A stretch of DNA of 64,000 bases from contig NC_043023.1 in assembly GCF_006345805.1 (NCBI RefSeq), positions 10,478,001 to 10,542,000 of the forward strand, written 5' to 3'. The first letter of the stretch is position 1. Each line of letters begins with the position of its first letter. The stretch is from Octopus sinensis. Taxonomy: Eukaryota. This document shows positions 24,291 through 38,842 of the stretch, piece after piece. The notes beneath the pieces were generated by a model that saw only the letters and a program-made list of their open reading frames with translations, did not search any database and had not been told where the DNA came from. Position numbers and translations under genes: made by a program.

Positions 24291-24674
24291 CTGAGTGGCT
24301 GTGTGGTAGGTAGCTTGTTTACCAACCACATGGTTCCAGTTTCAGTCCCACTGCGTGGCACCTTGAGCAAGTGTCTTCTGCTATAGCCTCGGGCCGACCA
24401 ATGCCTTGTGAGTGGATTTGGTAGACGGAAACTGAAAAGAAAACCGTTGTATATATGTATATGTATATGTGTGTGTGTGTCTGTGTTTGTCCCCCTAACA
24501 TTGCTTGACAACCGATGCTGGTGTGTTTATGTCCCCGTCACTTAGCAGTTCGGCAAAAGAGACCGATAGAATAAGTACTGGGCTTACAAAGAATAAGTCC
24601 CGGGGTCAAGTTGCTCGATTAAAGGCGGTGCTCCAGCATGGCCACAGTCAAATGACTGAAACAAGTAAAAGAGT
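24291..24674 (+). mobile_element. tRNA-derived SINE
   Basis: Same family as 6573-7000; near full length, tail aaatgactgaaacaagtaaaagag. Confidence 0.8.
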
Positions 24675-25797
24675 GTATAAACCTTTTGTGCTATTTAAAG
24701 CCTGCTCACTGTATTTGGCTATCTGATGTCATCAATAGTAAGGATTCAAATGACACTGGACTTACTTGAGGCATTCTTTCATCTCAGTCGAGACAAGAAT
24801 ATGAGAAAAAGAGAAGAGAAATAGAATTTACAAACTACTATTTAGTATGATTGCTTCAACACATCATTCATTAGTGACTTGTCAAAAGGTACCTCATATT
24901 TAAAGTTTCTGTTTTGCTTAATCCAATTAGGATTCATTTTCGTATTTGGTTTATGTCAAGCTTCTTTTAGTTTCCATCTACCAAATCCTCTCCCAAGGCT
25001 TTGATTGGCCACTCTGGGACTGAACCCAGGACCTTGTGGTTGGGAAGCCAACTTCTTACCACACAACCATCCCTGCACTTCTACAGCCATGTCTATATAA
25101 AAATGTAGTAAAGCTTTCACTGCTTTAATCTCTCTAATTCCGAATTATCTTGTATGTTTTACACTGTTGTTTCTCTTTCGTTTCAGATTATCAGATGACA
25201 TCTGCTTCACAGGATTTTTATATAAGCAACGTCATTAGAATGGAAAGGCTTTTGAAGACTGAGCAAAGATGTTATACAAAACACGTATAACCCTGTTTCT
25301 ATAAATATTTACTGAATTACTGCAAATTATATCTTCTGAACTGAAAGAAGTAATCACATCACTGAAATCTCAAATCTATGAGATAATCCATGATTCATTG
25401 AAAATAATTTGAATAAATAAGCATTACATTTGAGAAAGGAATCTGAATGCTTAAGGGTATTTCACTAAAATATTTACAAGTTCTTTATTCAAACCTGCCA
25501 GATCCTACCGCTCACACCCACCCTACAATGTCATTCTAAACGTAAAGAATCATATCATTGAAATCTTAAATCTGTAAGATAATGAATGATTAATTCAGAG
25601 GAATTTGAATAATCATTACATTTGACAGAGTAATCTGAATGTTAATGAGTTAAAGCAATTAAGAAGGCAGTTTGCAGCATCTTCAGATATTAACAAAGAT
25701 CACTATTGATGGAGATGTATCAGTAGAAATATTTGTTAAGAGTAATATACGAGAAGAAGGAAAACCTTTGTGTACTGTGACGAGAGAAAGGAAAATT

Positions 25798-26946
25798 ATG
25801 GAAAATGAATTACGTAGGAGTGAAGTTGAATGTAAAAGAGAGTCTGAAGAACTTGATTTTTCTGATGAGGAAAAGAATGAAAAGAGCAAAACATCATTTG
25901 ATTGTGATATCTGTGGCAAGTCGTTCTCTTGGAAAGCTAAGTTAGTCATTCACGAACGTACTCATACAGGAGAGAAGCCATATCACTGTGAAATCTGTGA
26001 CAAATCGTTTTCTCAAAACAATTCCTTAACCAAGCACAAGCATGTTCATACAGGAGAAAAACCATATCACTGTGAAATCTGTGGTAAGTCTTTCTCTCAA
26101 AGTGAACACTTAACTAGGCACAGGCGTGTTCATACAGGAGAAAAACCATATCACTGTGATATCTGTGGTAAGTCTTTCTCTCGAAGCGAAAACTTCACTA
26201 TGCACAAGAGTTGTGTTCATACAGGAGAGAAACCATATCACTGTGAAATCTGTGGTAAATCTTTCTCCCGAAACGAAAGCTTAACTAGGCACAAGAGTTG
26301 TGTTCATACAGGAGAGAAACCATATCACTGTGAAATCTGTGGTGAATCCTTTTCTCAAAACGATCACTTAACCAATCACAAGCGTGTTCATACGGGAGAA
26401 AAACCATATCACTGTGAAATCTGTGGTAAATCTTTCTCTCGAAACGAAAGCTTAACGAGGCACAAGAGTGGTGTTCACACAGGAGAAGCACCATATCACT
26501 GTGAAATCTGTGACAAATCTTTTTCGCAAAACGATCACTTCACTATGCACAGGCGTGTTCATACAGGAGAAAAACCATATCACTGTGAAATCTGTGGTAA
26601 ATCTTTCTCTCGAAACGAAAGCTTAACTAGGCACAGGCGTGTTCATACAGGAGAAAAACCATATCACTGTGAAATCTGTGGTAAATTTTTCTCTGAAAAC
26701 GGTACCTTAACCAAGCACAAGCGTGTTCATACAGGAGAAGAACCATATCACTGTGAAATCTGTGGTAAATCTTTCTCTCGAAACGATCACTTAACTATGC
26801 ACAGGCGTGTTCATACAGGAGAAAAACCATATCACTGTGAAATCTGTGGTAAATCTTTCTCTCGAAACGATACCTTAACCAAGCACAAGTGTGTTCATAC
26901 AGGGGAGAAGCCATATTGTGATATCTCTGGTAAAACATTTTCTTAA
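25798..26946 (+). CDS. C2H2 zinc-finger protein, locus E2 (12 fingers)
   Basis: ATG 25798; 12 fingers; ends PYCDISGKTFS*; followed by short dead tail to 27257. Confidence 0.9.
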   Translation: MENELRRSEVECKRESEELDFSDEEKNEKSKTSFDCDICGKSFSWKAKLVIHERTHTGEKPYHCEICDKSFSQNNSLTKHKHVHTGEKPYHCEICGKSFSQSEHLTRHRRVHTGEKPYHCDICGKSFSRSENFTMHKSCVHTGEKPYHCEICGKSFSRNESLTRHKSCVHTGEKPYHCEICGESFSQNDHLTNHKRVHTGEKPYHCEICGKSFSRNESLTRHKSGVHTGEAPYHCEICDKSFSQNDHFTMHRRVHTGEKPYHCEICGKSFSRNESLTRHRRVHTGEKPYHCEICGKFFSENGTLTKHKRVHTGEEPYHCEICGKSFSRNDHLTMHRRVHTGEKPYHCEICGKSFSRNDTLTKHKCVHTGEKPYCDISGKTFS

Positions 26947-26963
26947 AATAGTCAGCTGCTTAA

Positions 26964-27254
<291 letters not shown>

Positions 27255-27895
27255 TGAGGAATAGATTCATTTCCCAAGTTACAGACATTGTTTATGAGTT
27301 TTATTTTTCAAGCACAACATCCAAATTTTGAAAGTTTCTACTACCATAACAAATGCATCTGTGTCTTACCAAGAAGTTTATAAAGAGCAAAGGAATGCTT
27401 CTCAGTAAAATGCTCTAGACTTGTTTCTTTGCTTGTGAATCAGTGGTCACGTCTACAAATGATGGTGTCCCCTAGTCTTGTGAAAGTGATTCAGAAAACA
27501 ATTACAATAATAATACTTTATCTATTCTAAATGATCTTGACATTGTTTTTGACTTTACATAAAATATTCTTTACATTCTACTGTTGTTTTATTGTCATTT
27601 ATTTACAAGTATTATTAATTTTATTGGTAAAATATTTTTCTAGGAATGAATTACAATTTATAACATTGCATCTATGGGAAATTATTGCTTTGCTTTATGA
27701 GTTTTCACTTCAGGAGCAGTCTCCAGGGAGAAATTAACTCATATATCAAGGCATTATTGTATCTGACAGTATTTTGGCACAAGGCCAGCAATTTCAGGGG
27801 AAGGAGTAAGTTGAATAACCACATGGATCAGCATGTGTGCTTTTTACATGAACTAGCACAAATGCTTCTTTCAGGGAGTGGCATTGCATGATATA

Positions 27896-28296
27896 TCTAT
27901 ATATATAAAGCTGAAGTTGTCTGTGTGTGTGTGGCAGGTTTTGTAGCCTTCAACTAACACTATCTCTACCGAGACACTGTGGCGTATGTTGACCAAAATT
28001 GAGAGGATTATAGATGAAGGCTTGCTCTTCCTTCCATAGGAGAAAAAATTCAAATCGCACCATGTCAACACCAAAAATTATTTAGATCAGAGAGGTGTTT
28101 TTTTTTCAATGAAAATCCCTATTTTTTACGATTCTTTGACTGCTGTGTCACCGTTTTTCGGTGTATTTCAACCAGAAAAATGTTCACTTAAATAGAATAA
28201 CACGCTACATGATGCAAAATTTATACTCTTCAAAAATTCCAATTCTAAAGGGTCGAAAAGAAAACAAACCCGAGCAACGCTGGGCTATACTTCTAG
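27896..28296 (+). mobile_element. Non-autonomous Helitron (family 1)
   Basis: A|TC start; CCCGagcaacgcTGGGctatacttCTAG|T end. Confidence 0.8.
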
Positions 28297-28300
28297 TATA

Positions 28301-28338
<38 letters not shown>

Positions 28339-28956
28339 GCTATGTAACTTCTCATATATATTTGAAGGCGCATGGCTCAATCGTGAGTTCAATTCCCGTC
28401 ATCTTCATTACATTGAACATTGTTAAAGGTTAAAGGGTCAAAGCGAAATGCAGCCACATTTTCTCTACAAAACTACTTTAAGACGTTTTCCAATGGCTGA
28501 ATGACGAAACGTATTAATCTGGTTTCTGCCCTAAATATTCTGCTAAAGTAAGGATGCATCTTGTACACCAGCAAATACTCAGTGAAGTGCAAGTTAATTC
28601 ATAATTAGTCAACGCCGTTGCCAAACACTGAAGAATCTTGTTTAATAATTTGGCTAATTTAGTGAAATTCAAAAGTTACTCCAATACTGATTCGGTGTAA
28701 GGAATGGAAACCTACTTATTTCCCCTTTAATTTCTATTTACTTTCTTAAATCTCCCATACTGAAGGATTATGCTTATTAGAGCCATGCTATCCATGCCAA
28801 CCGTGTACAATTACTAACATTTTCTCACACTAAACCATCCCTCTTACTAAAAATATCCTTCTTCTAGAGGATGGGGTTTAGTCAACGGGTACTTATTTTA
28901 TCGACACCTAAACGATGAAAGACCCAATCGACCATGGTGGAATTTGAACTGAGAAC

Positions 28957-29173
28957 TGTGGGATGACGTCAGCGGTTAGGAAGCTGACCGGAAGAGGAAG
29001 GGCGCGCATAGGGTAGGGGCGATTGCGCCTTTTTCGATCGGGGAAGTTGTGAGTGCATGACGTGTCAGTGGTTCGACCAGGTGAGGGATAGCATCTGCTA
29101 TTTTTAGCGTTTCGGGACGGGCCACGTGGAAGGGTACATTACTATCGGACAGATAACGGTCAACGAAGAGAAG
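28957..29173 (+). promoter_or_regulatory. Putative promoter/exon 1 of locus F (inside antisense SINE)
   Basis: CRE 28964-28971, ETS 28988-28994, donor AAG|GTGAGT 29173/4; GAAC at 28953 and 29210. Confidence 0.65.
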
Positions 29174-31337
29174 GTGAGTGTCTTACTTCTAATCTCCCGC
29201 ATTCACTACGAACGTAGCGACGGTCGAAATAGCGGTTCGCATTTCGTCCGGCGTGCTAACGATCCTGCCAGCTCGCCGCCCTGGAAAATACGTTAGATGC
29301 TTTGGGCAGATAGGTTGTCCAAGCGGTCACCCATCTGAGTAACCTGCAGGCTCGACATTGCTTCACTTCGGTGATCAGGCGAGACAAGGTGCAATCAGCA
29401 TTATATGGCTGTAATAACAATATTAACAGTTTCAAAACATTCGCATTTTCTGAAGGTGGTAAAGTAGAGTTTGGTCAGTCGCTCGTACAAGTTATTCTCC
29501 TTGATATAATTATTTCTTCAGTTATCTGCTAGGAGCAAAGTTTTTATTAAAAGGCCTACTGATGGTGGTTTGGGGGAGTTAGTAACTACCATCGACCTCC
29601 TGTTTTGAATGGGTCTTTATTTTATTCATCCCAAATCAATGAAAGGTAAAATTGACATCGGTGGGATTTCGTTTCGGTAATTAAAGCAAACCAATGTATG
29701 TTTTATACATTCCCCTTTTTTATAAGTTTTTGTCGGTGATATTTCTGGTGTCAGATATTCTTTGATCTCGTCTGAAATTAATGATTTTTCTGGATGAATT
29801 TCTACTTTTGTATCAAAACTGAAGGGGAAAGGACTATTTCGAAGATAACGAGTGAGATTAAATTGCGAGTGAAGTAATAATTTCTTCTTATTTTATATTA
29901 AATTTCGTTTTCTCTTTGTACAAACCTGTTTTAGTGGGAAATCTTAACAATATTCAAGATTTCTTTACACTTTCCCGATCATAAATGCTATTTGTAAACC
30001 TGCTGAAATTATGAAAATTAAGTTATTTATAGAAAAATACGTTTTTATGAAATTTGCTATAAATACCATTCAGAATGTGTATATTAGAATTCTATCGGAA
30101 TTTAATATGAAAATATAAATTTGGTGGGCTCGTGCACATGGAAGTTAAAACTTTTAAAGAAATTCTGGATTTGTCTCAGTATGTATGTGTATTTGTGTGT
30201 TAGTGTTTCTTCCCCTCCCATTCCCGCTTAACAAACGGTGTTGGTATATTTACATCCCTGGAACTTTCGGCAGTAGACTGATAAAATGAGTGCCAGGCAT
30301 AAAAAACAAGTAAGTACTGGGGTCGATCCAATTTCACTACAGATTCTTCAAGGAGATTCCCCAGCGTGGTGGCAGTCTAATGACAGAAACAAGTAAAAGA
30401 TAATAATAATAATAATTAATTCGTTTATTAGCCACAAGGGCTAACAAAAATCAATTATAACAAGCTACTTACCACACAACCACTCCTGCGCCTATAAAAA
30501 GATGTAGTAAAACTTTCACTGCTTTAATCTCTCTAATTCCTAATTATCTTGTATGTTTTACACTGTTGTTTCTCTCTCGTTTCAGATTATCAGATGACAT
30601 CTGCTTCACAGGATTTTTACATAAGCAAAGTCATTAGAATGGAAAGGCTTTTGAAGACTGAGCAAAGATGTTATACAAAACACGTATAACCCTGTTTCTA
30701 TAAATGTTTACTGAATTACTGCAAAATATATCTTCTGAACTCTGACATATATGTAGCAAAATTTCTCTTCTTTATTGTCTGGAATACACAGAAAATTATA
30801 TTTGCATATTAATTAATCATTTAGCATTTAAACTAGCACAAATATTCTAACCTCTCACACTCACCCTGCAGTGTCAATTTAAACATAAACAATCAAATCA
30901 CTGAAGTCTCAAAGCTATGAGATAATCCATGATTAATTCAAAACAATATGAATAAATAAGCATTACATTTCACAAAGGAATCTCAATGCTAAACGGTTAA
31001 ACTGGCCATATTTTTGTGTGTTTTATATTCATACTAGCCAGATCCCACCCCTCACACCCACCCTACAAGGTCATTCTAAAAATAAACAATCGCAACATTG
31101 AAATCTGAACATGATAACATAATGAATGGTTAATTCAGAAGAATTTCAATAAACATTCTATTTGACAGAGTAATCTGAATGTTAATGAGTTAAAGCAATT
31201 AAGAAAGCAGTTTGCAGCATCTTCAGATATTAACAAAGATCACTTTTGATGGAGATATATCAGTAGAAATATTTGTTAAGAGCAATATACAAGAAGAAGG
31301 AAAACCTTTGTGTACTGTGACGAGAGAAAGGAACATT

Positions 31338-32536
<1,199 letters not shown>

Positions 32537-32699
32537 TAGCAATGTCATATCTGTGGTAAATTATTTTATGAAAATAGAATCTTTACTAATTAGATACATA
32601 TTCACACAGGAGAGATGTCATATCATTGCGGTGTCTGTGGTAAGTCATTCTCTGATGGACCCAGGTTAACTGTTAGCAAATACATTCATTCAAGTGTGA

Positions 32700-32804
<105 letters not shown>

Positions 32805-32807
32805 TGA

Positions 32808-32963
<156 letters not shown>

Positions 32964-33603
32964 TGAGGAATAGATTCATTTCCCAAGTTACAGACATTGT
33001 TTATGAGTTTTATTTTTCAAGCATAACATCCAAATTTTGAAAGTTTCTGCTACCATAACAAATGCATCTGTGTCTCCCAAGAAGTTTATAAAGAGCAAAG
33101 GAATGCTTCTCAGTAAACAACTCTAGACTTGTTTCTTTGCTTGTGAATCAGTGGTCAAGTCTACAAATGATGGTGTCCCTGAGTCTTGTGAAAGTGATTC
33201 AGAAAACAATTATAATAATAATATTTTATCTATTCTAAATGATCTTGACATTGCTTTTGACTTTACATAAAATATTCTTTACATTCTACTGTTGTTTTAT
33301 TGTCATTTATTTACAAGTATTATAAATTTTATTGGTAAAATATTTTTCTGGCAATGAATTACAATTTATAACATTGCTTCTATGGGAAATTATTGCTTTG
33401 CTTTATGAGTTTTCACTTTAAGAGCAATCTCCAGTAAGAAATTAACTCATATATCAAGGCATTATTGTATCTGACATTATTTTGGCACAAGGCCAGCAAT
33501 TTCAGGGGAAGGAGTAAGTTGAATAACCACATGGATCAGCATGTGTGCTTTTTACATGAACTAGGACAAATGCTTCTTACAGGGAGTGGCATTACACGAT
33601 ATA

Positions 33604-33980
33604 TCTATATATATAAAGCTGAAGTTGTCTGTGTGTGTGTGTGGCAGGTTTTGCAGCCTTCAACTAACACTATCTCCTCCGAGACCCTGCGGTGCAAGTT
33701 GAACAAAACTGAGAGTATGATAAAAGAAGGCTTGCTCTTCCGTACTTAGAAGAAAAAATTCAAATAGGACTAAGTTAACACCAAAATTTATTTCCATCAA
33801 AAAGGTGCTTTTTTCTTCTATGAAAATCCCTATATATTATGATTCTTTGACTGCTGTGTTGCCATTTTTTTTTGGTGTATTTCAACCAGAAAACTGTTCA
33901 CTTTCCTAGATAATGCAAAATTTTCAAAACTTCCAATTCTAAAGGGTCAGAAAAAAAAAACACCCGAGCAATGCCGGGCG

Positions 33981-33982
<2 letters not shown>
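33604..33982 (+). mobile_element. Non-autonomous Helitron (family 1); terminal CTAG replaced by (TA)n
   Basis: A|TC start; hairpin CCCGagcaatgcCGGG 33963-33978 runs directly into the TA microsatellite. Confidence 0.7.
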
Positions 33983-34011
<29 letters not shown>

Positions 34012-36256
34012 TATATATACATATATATATATATACATATATATTTATATATATATATATATATATACATATATATTTATATATGCTCTCTATGTATAAA
34101 TGAAATTTTTTTCATTATTAAAGCGGGTAGGCATATTATTAACAACATAAATGAAAAAAACTTGTTTTGCATTCATAAACTACCGTTCACCTTCTCTAGA
34201 TTCAGATAGAACTTAGCTTTTCTACTAATAATTTTTTAACTCCCTTCTGTAACTAACTATACTAGTGGTCTTCTATAATTCTAAAGCATGCAACTTATAA
34301 ATGTATAATTTTATATAATTTTGTAGCTACACATGTATAATAATAGATGTGTCCAGTATTAATTGTTTTTTGTTTTTTGTATGTGGGTTTTTGTCTTGTT
34401 TTTAAGGGAAATACACTATGACAAGAAATAACTTATTCATTTTGGTATTTGCCTTGTAATATGTGATTCTCGAAGTTTTCTAATATCGCATAGTGTATAT
34501 GAATATCAAGGTTAGTTACCTAGCTCTTGATAATGTAATACTATTGTGCAATATATGAGAGCCTTTTTGGGAGTTTGTTTTGTTTAGGTTGAGAATCTAG
34601 GTTTTTTGTATGTTTATTTGGCAGGTTTATATTGTATATTTGGTCTTTCTTTGTACTCACCTTAATTTGTATCTTATGCTATTTACTAATAAACCTTTTC
34701 ATTTACAAACATTAAGCTTTATAAATATTACCAGCCTTATATATTTAGTCTATATTTATAGTCTTCTGGATCTGTACATTAAATTATCCATCTATCCAAT
34801 TTTTTACTCACTATCTACAGGTATAAACTTTCATAGTATTAGCCTGTATACTAAGTTTATATTAGTACTTTCTTCAATATATATCTTCACTTTATTTATG
34901 TTATTGATTTACATTTATACTCTTTTATGTATATGTGGATATATGCATATTAGCATTACTATATATTAGGTGTACCTGTACCTATGCATTTATCTGAATT
35001 GGTTCTCTATGGTATCTATCTTTGCATTTAGTCATCTAATTATTTATTTATTTATTTACTTATATAAGTGTAGATTTATACATACATATCAATAATTTAT
35101 TTCTTAATAATATATGAATACATATATACTGGTTTGTACTTATATTATGTGTGTAATCGTAATTATTTCTTCTTATTTATTTTATCACATTTTAACTTAA
35201 GTATTTACAATCTTTTAATTTCTGTGATTTTCTTATATACGATTGCATTAGTGAGTCCCCCAGTTGTTATTATTTAATGCCTAATCTTGTTTATAATATA
35301 AAAATTAATCTATACTTTATAACTTAGCGTACATGGAATCATAACTAATTACGGTAAATCTAGTAACCGTTATGTTGACTATGATAAAAACCGGCGTTAA
35401 ATATGGAGGGTACCTAGTGAAATAGCATCCAACATCGTGATATATTGATATATAAATATATATCTTTGAAATAAATATTTTATGGAAATATATGAGTGGA
35501 TCTTTTTGTTATTTGAGGCATAGTTATAATTTTGATAGACTAGATGACAGTATAGTTGCTCCCCTATTTATTTATCTTTATGCTAGAGGTTGCTTGTGGA
35601 TGTGTATGTGTATAAGTGTATGTGTGTGTGTATACATATAATTATGTATGTATGTGCGATTGATCTGTCGATGTGCGTGTGCGTATTTGCGTTTCTTGAT
35701 TAACTAACCGTAAAATTTCTTTTCTGATTCAAATTTCAAACTACAAGCCAATCGAATTAATCTAGAATAATCAATATCAAGCGGACAGAATAACTGAACT
35801 CATAGTTATTTCGATTTTGAATGGATGGACTTGGTGCAAACTTAACTGTATCTATTATTATTATTATTATATTTATTAATAGTAATTTTTATTGACTTTT
35901 ATAGGTTTATAATTTTATGAACTGAACTATGGTTTTTTATTATTTTTTTATTATTATTTTTCAGGTATAGGTATGATTTTAATTTAAATAGTAGTGCGCA
36001 TACATCTCCCTATGTGTTAGTTTTTAGAACTATTAGCCAAATATGTAAAATAACTGTGCTTATTAATATTAATATATACACTGATATATATTTTGTTTTA
36101 TTTTGTTTTGTTTACCTTGCATTATTGTATCAATGAGTATTATATACGTGTAGCATTATGGAGTTTATGCACAAGTTTTTATATTTTACATTTTCATATT
36201 TTTATATTTATATGTATATGGAAAAATAATTTTTTCACAATTATAACAAATTAAAT

Positions 36257-36366
36257 TCTCTGAAGAGGCCGTGGGGCATCCTTGTTAATGCCTCATTTAT
36301 ACCTGCCTTTATGGCTTATAGGTTAAATGAGGTATGACTGCCCTTACTGCCGAAACAGCTGTCAGA
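36257..36366 (+). ncRNA. Minimal type-I hammerhead ribozyme motif (Penelope-type)
   Basis: tct-CTGAAGA-ggc[long stem II including atgcctcattta/taaatgaggtat]gcc-GAAA-cagctg-TC^aga: intact core, palindromic stem III, GUC site at 36361-36363. Confidence 0.7.
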
Positions 36367-36547
36367 TATGATATAATTATATATTATATTTTATATTTCT
36401 ATTTCCTTGTCTATTTATATTTACTATATATTTTGTATAATGCCTTTACTGATATGTAATGGTGTAATAAAGTATTGATTGGGTATCATCTGATAGTTGA
36501 TGTTTTATTGATTTAAGTATGTTTCTCCATTTTCTAATTTTGTAGTT

Positions 36548-36557
36548 ATATATACAT

Positions 36558-36609
<52 letters not shown>

Positions 36610-36654
36610 ACTTATATATATATTTATATATATATATATACTTATATATATATT

Positions 36655-36694
<40 letters not shown>

Positions 36695-36862
36695 CATATA
36701 TACATATATATATATATAAATACATATATAGATATATATATATATACATATATAGATATATATATATATATACATATATAGATATATATATATATATACA
36801 TATATAGATATATATATATATACATATATAGATATATATATACATATATATATATATATACA
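36548..36862. repeat. (TA)n-derived compound microsatellite
   Basis: TA runs interrupted by C/G; similar tracts at 33980-34085, 37522-37852, 46853-46906, 53388-53718, 54448-55175, 55496-55592 and 57731-58170. Confidence 0.95.
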
Positions 36863-36865
36863 TAC

Positions 36866-37256
36866 TTCAATAAAAATGGTAAATAATTTTCCTGTGATTT
36901 ATCATGTAACCAACAATTATTTACCGGTAAATTTCGGTATGTAAATACGACAAATTAATTGTCAGGACCTTTGTAAGGTTCAGTATATAGTAAGGAAAAA
37001 ATAAGATGGTTAAGAGCAGATTGTTTCACCTCATACCGAAGGAATTAGAAATGGCAGTCAAAGACCGTTTTTCAATTTCTATAAGTGGAGAATCCAAACA
37101 GCCTGCTGTTAACCTTCTTATTTTTTCCTTACTATATACTGAACCTTACAAAGGTCCTGACAATTAATTTGTCGTATTTACATACCGAAATTTACCGGTA
37201 AATAATTGTTGGTTACATGATAAACCACAGGAAAATTATTTACCATTTTTATTGAA
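36866..37256. repeat. Fold-back element: 154-bp inverted arms, 83-bp loop
   Basis: 36866-37019 is the reverse complement of 37103-37256 with 3 mismatches by eye. Confidence 0.9.
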
Positions 37257-37434
37257 TTACCATGTGGATTCCTCATTCCATTACGATTACCCAGAAAGCG
37301 CGCATGGCAGAATTTTGGAGGGAAAATTTACGTTCCCAGTCGCCACTTAGTTTTAACATCTGCTCTCTTCCCCCCACTATCTGATGTCGCTGGGTCAGAA
37401 GTGAGGGCTAGTGGCATTTAGTAAAGCTATCGAA

Positions 37435-37500
37435 TATAGCGCCGATGACGGAATTCAAACTGATTTCTACGTTTGCGATCCAGAAACATATGTTCGCTAT
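37435..37500 (+). ncRNA. Decayed hammerhead ribozyme motif
   Basis: atagcg-CCGATGA-cgga...tcca-GAAA-catatg-TT^cgctat: 6-bp stem I, palindromic stem III; core U4 and the stem-II closing pair are mutated. Confidence 0.5.
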
Positions 37501-37541
37501 TAACGGTAAGTGACTGAATTCGTATATATATACATATATAG

Positions 37542-37594
<53 letters not shown>

Positions 37595-37603
37595 CATATA
37601 TAG

Positions 37604-37680
<77 letters not shown>

Positions 37681-37683
37681 TAG

Positions 37684-37714
<31 letters not shown>

Positions 37715-37743
37715 GATATATATATATAGATAGATATATATAT

Positions 37744-37774
<31 letters not shown>

Positions 37775-38624
37775 TACATATATATAGATATCTATATACA
37801 TATATATATATACATATATATAGATATATATATACACATATATATATATATCAAGTTAATCCAAAGAAGAAAACACAAAAAACACAACGCGAGGACGTGG
37901 AATAAATATAGTATTATTTGACGGAAGCTATTATGTAACTTCTCATATATATTTGAAGGTGCATGGCTCAGTCGTGAGTTCAATTCCCGTCATCTTCATC
38001 ACATTGAACAATGTTAAAGGGTCAAAGCGAAATGCAGCCACATTTTCTCTACAAAACTACTTTAAAACGTTTTCCAATGGCTGAATGACGAAACGTATTA
38101 ATCTGGTTTCTGTCCTAAATATTCTGCTAAAGTAAGGATGCATCTTGTACACCAGCAAATACTCAGTGAAGTGCAAGTAAATCAGTTGACCAAAAGATTG
38201 ACTCCTCGTTGTGAAACGACGGAGATCCACCACCGTTATAAGCCTATGAAGCCATCTAAAGATCGAATGCTTCTTTTTCCCGTAATTAGGCTCATGCCCT
38301 TGCTTATCTCCCTTTACTCACTAATTTTCCTTATCGTCTTTCAATGAATTAATACCAACACAAATTTCTCTCAGATCTAATCCCTTCCTCTAATCAATGC
38401 TGGAATTTTTTTAGTAACAATCTTCCTCTGAATATTATATGGAGCTGTTTTCTTTTCATTTCGTTTTCTACGCACTTTTTTAGGTACTACTAGCGAACAG
38501 TGGTCCCGGTGCGCTCACACGCACATGGGTCTTTTAGCAAGCACAGCAAACGTTCGCATTTTCTAAAGGTGACATATTACTAATTGGTCATTCATTCGTG
38601 GAAGTTGCTTTTGATATAATTGTT

Positions 38625-38842
38625 TCTTAAGGCGGCGAGCTGGCAGAATCGTTAGCACGCCGGGCGGAATACCTGGCCGTATTTCGTCTGTTTTTTATGT
38701 TCTGAGTTCAAATTCCGCCGAGGTCGACTTTGCCTTTCATCCTTGCGGGGTCGATAAATTAAGTACCAGTTGCGTACTGTGGTCGATCTAATCGCTGCCC
38801 CTCTCACTCCAAATTTCTGGCCTTGTGCCTAGAGTAGAAAAG
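38625..38842 (+). mobile_element. Full-length tRNA-derived SINE with 12-bp target-site duplication
   Basis: GATATAATTGTT on both sides (38613-38624, 38843-38854); empty site at ~12294 and ~29503; paralogous copy at 58946-59164. Confidence 0.88.

Noticed and set aside
36446-37837. (YI)n-rich ORFs here and at 54406-55132 and 57707-58293
   Set aside because: Translations of (TA)n microsatellites.
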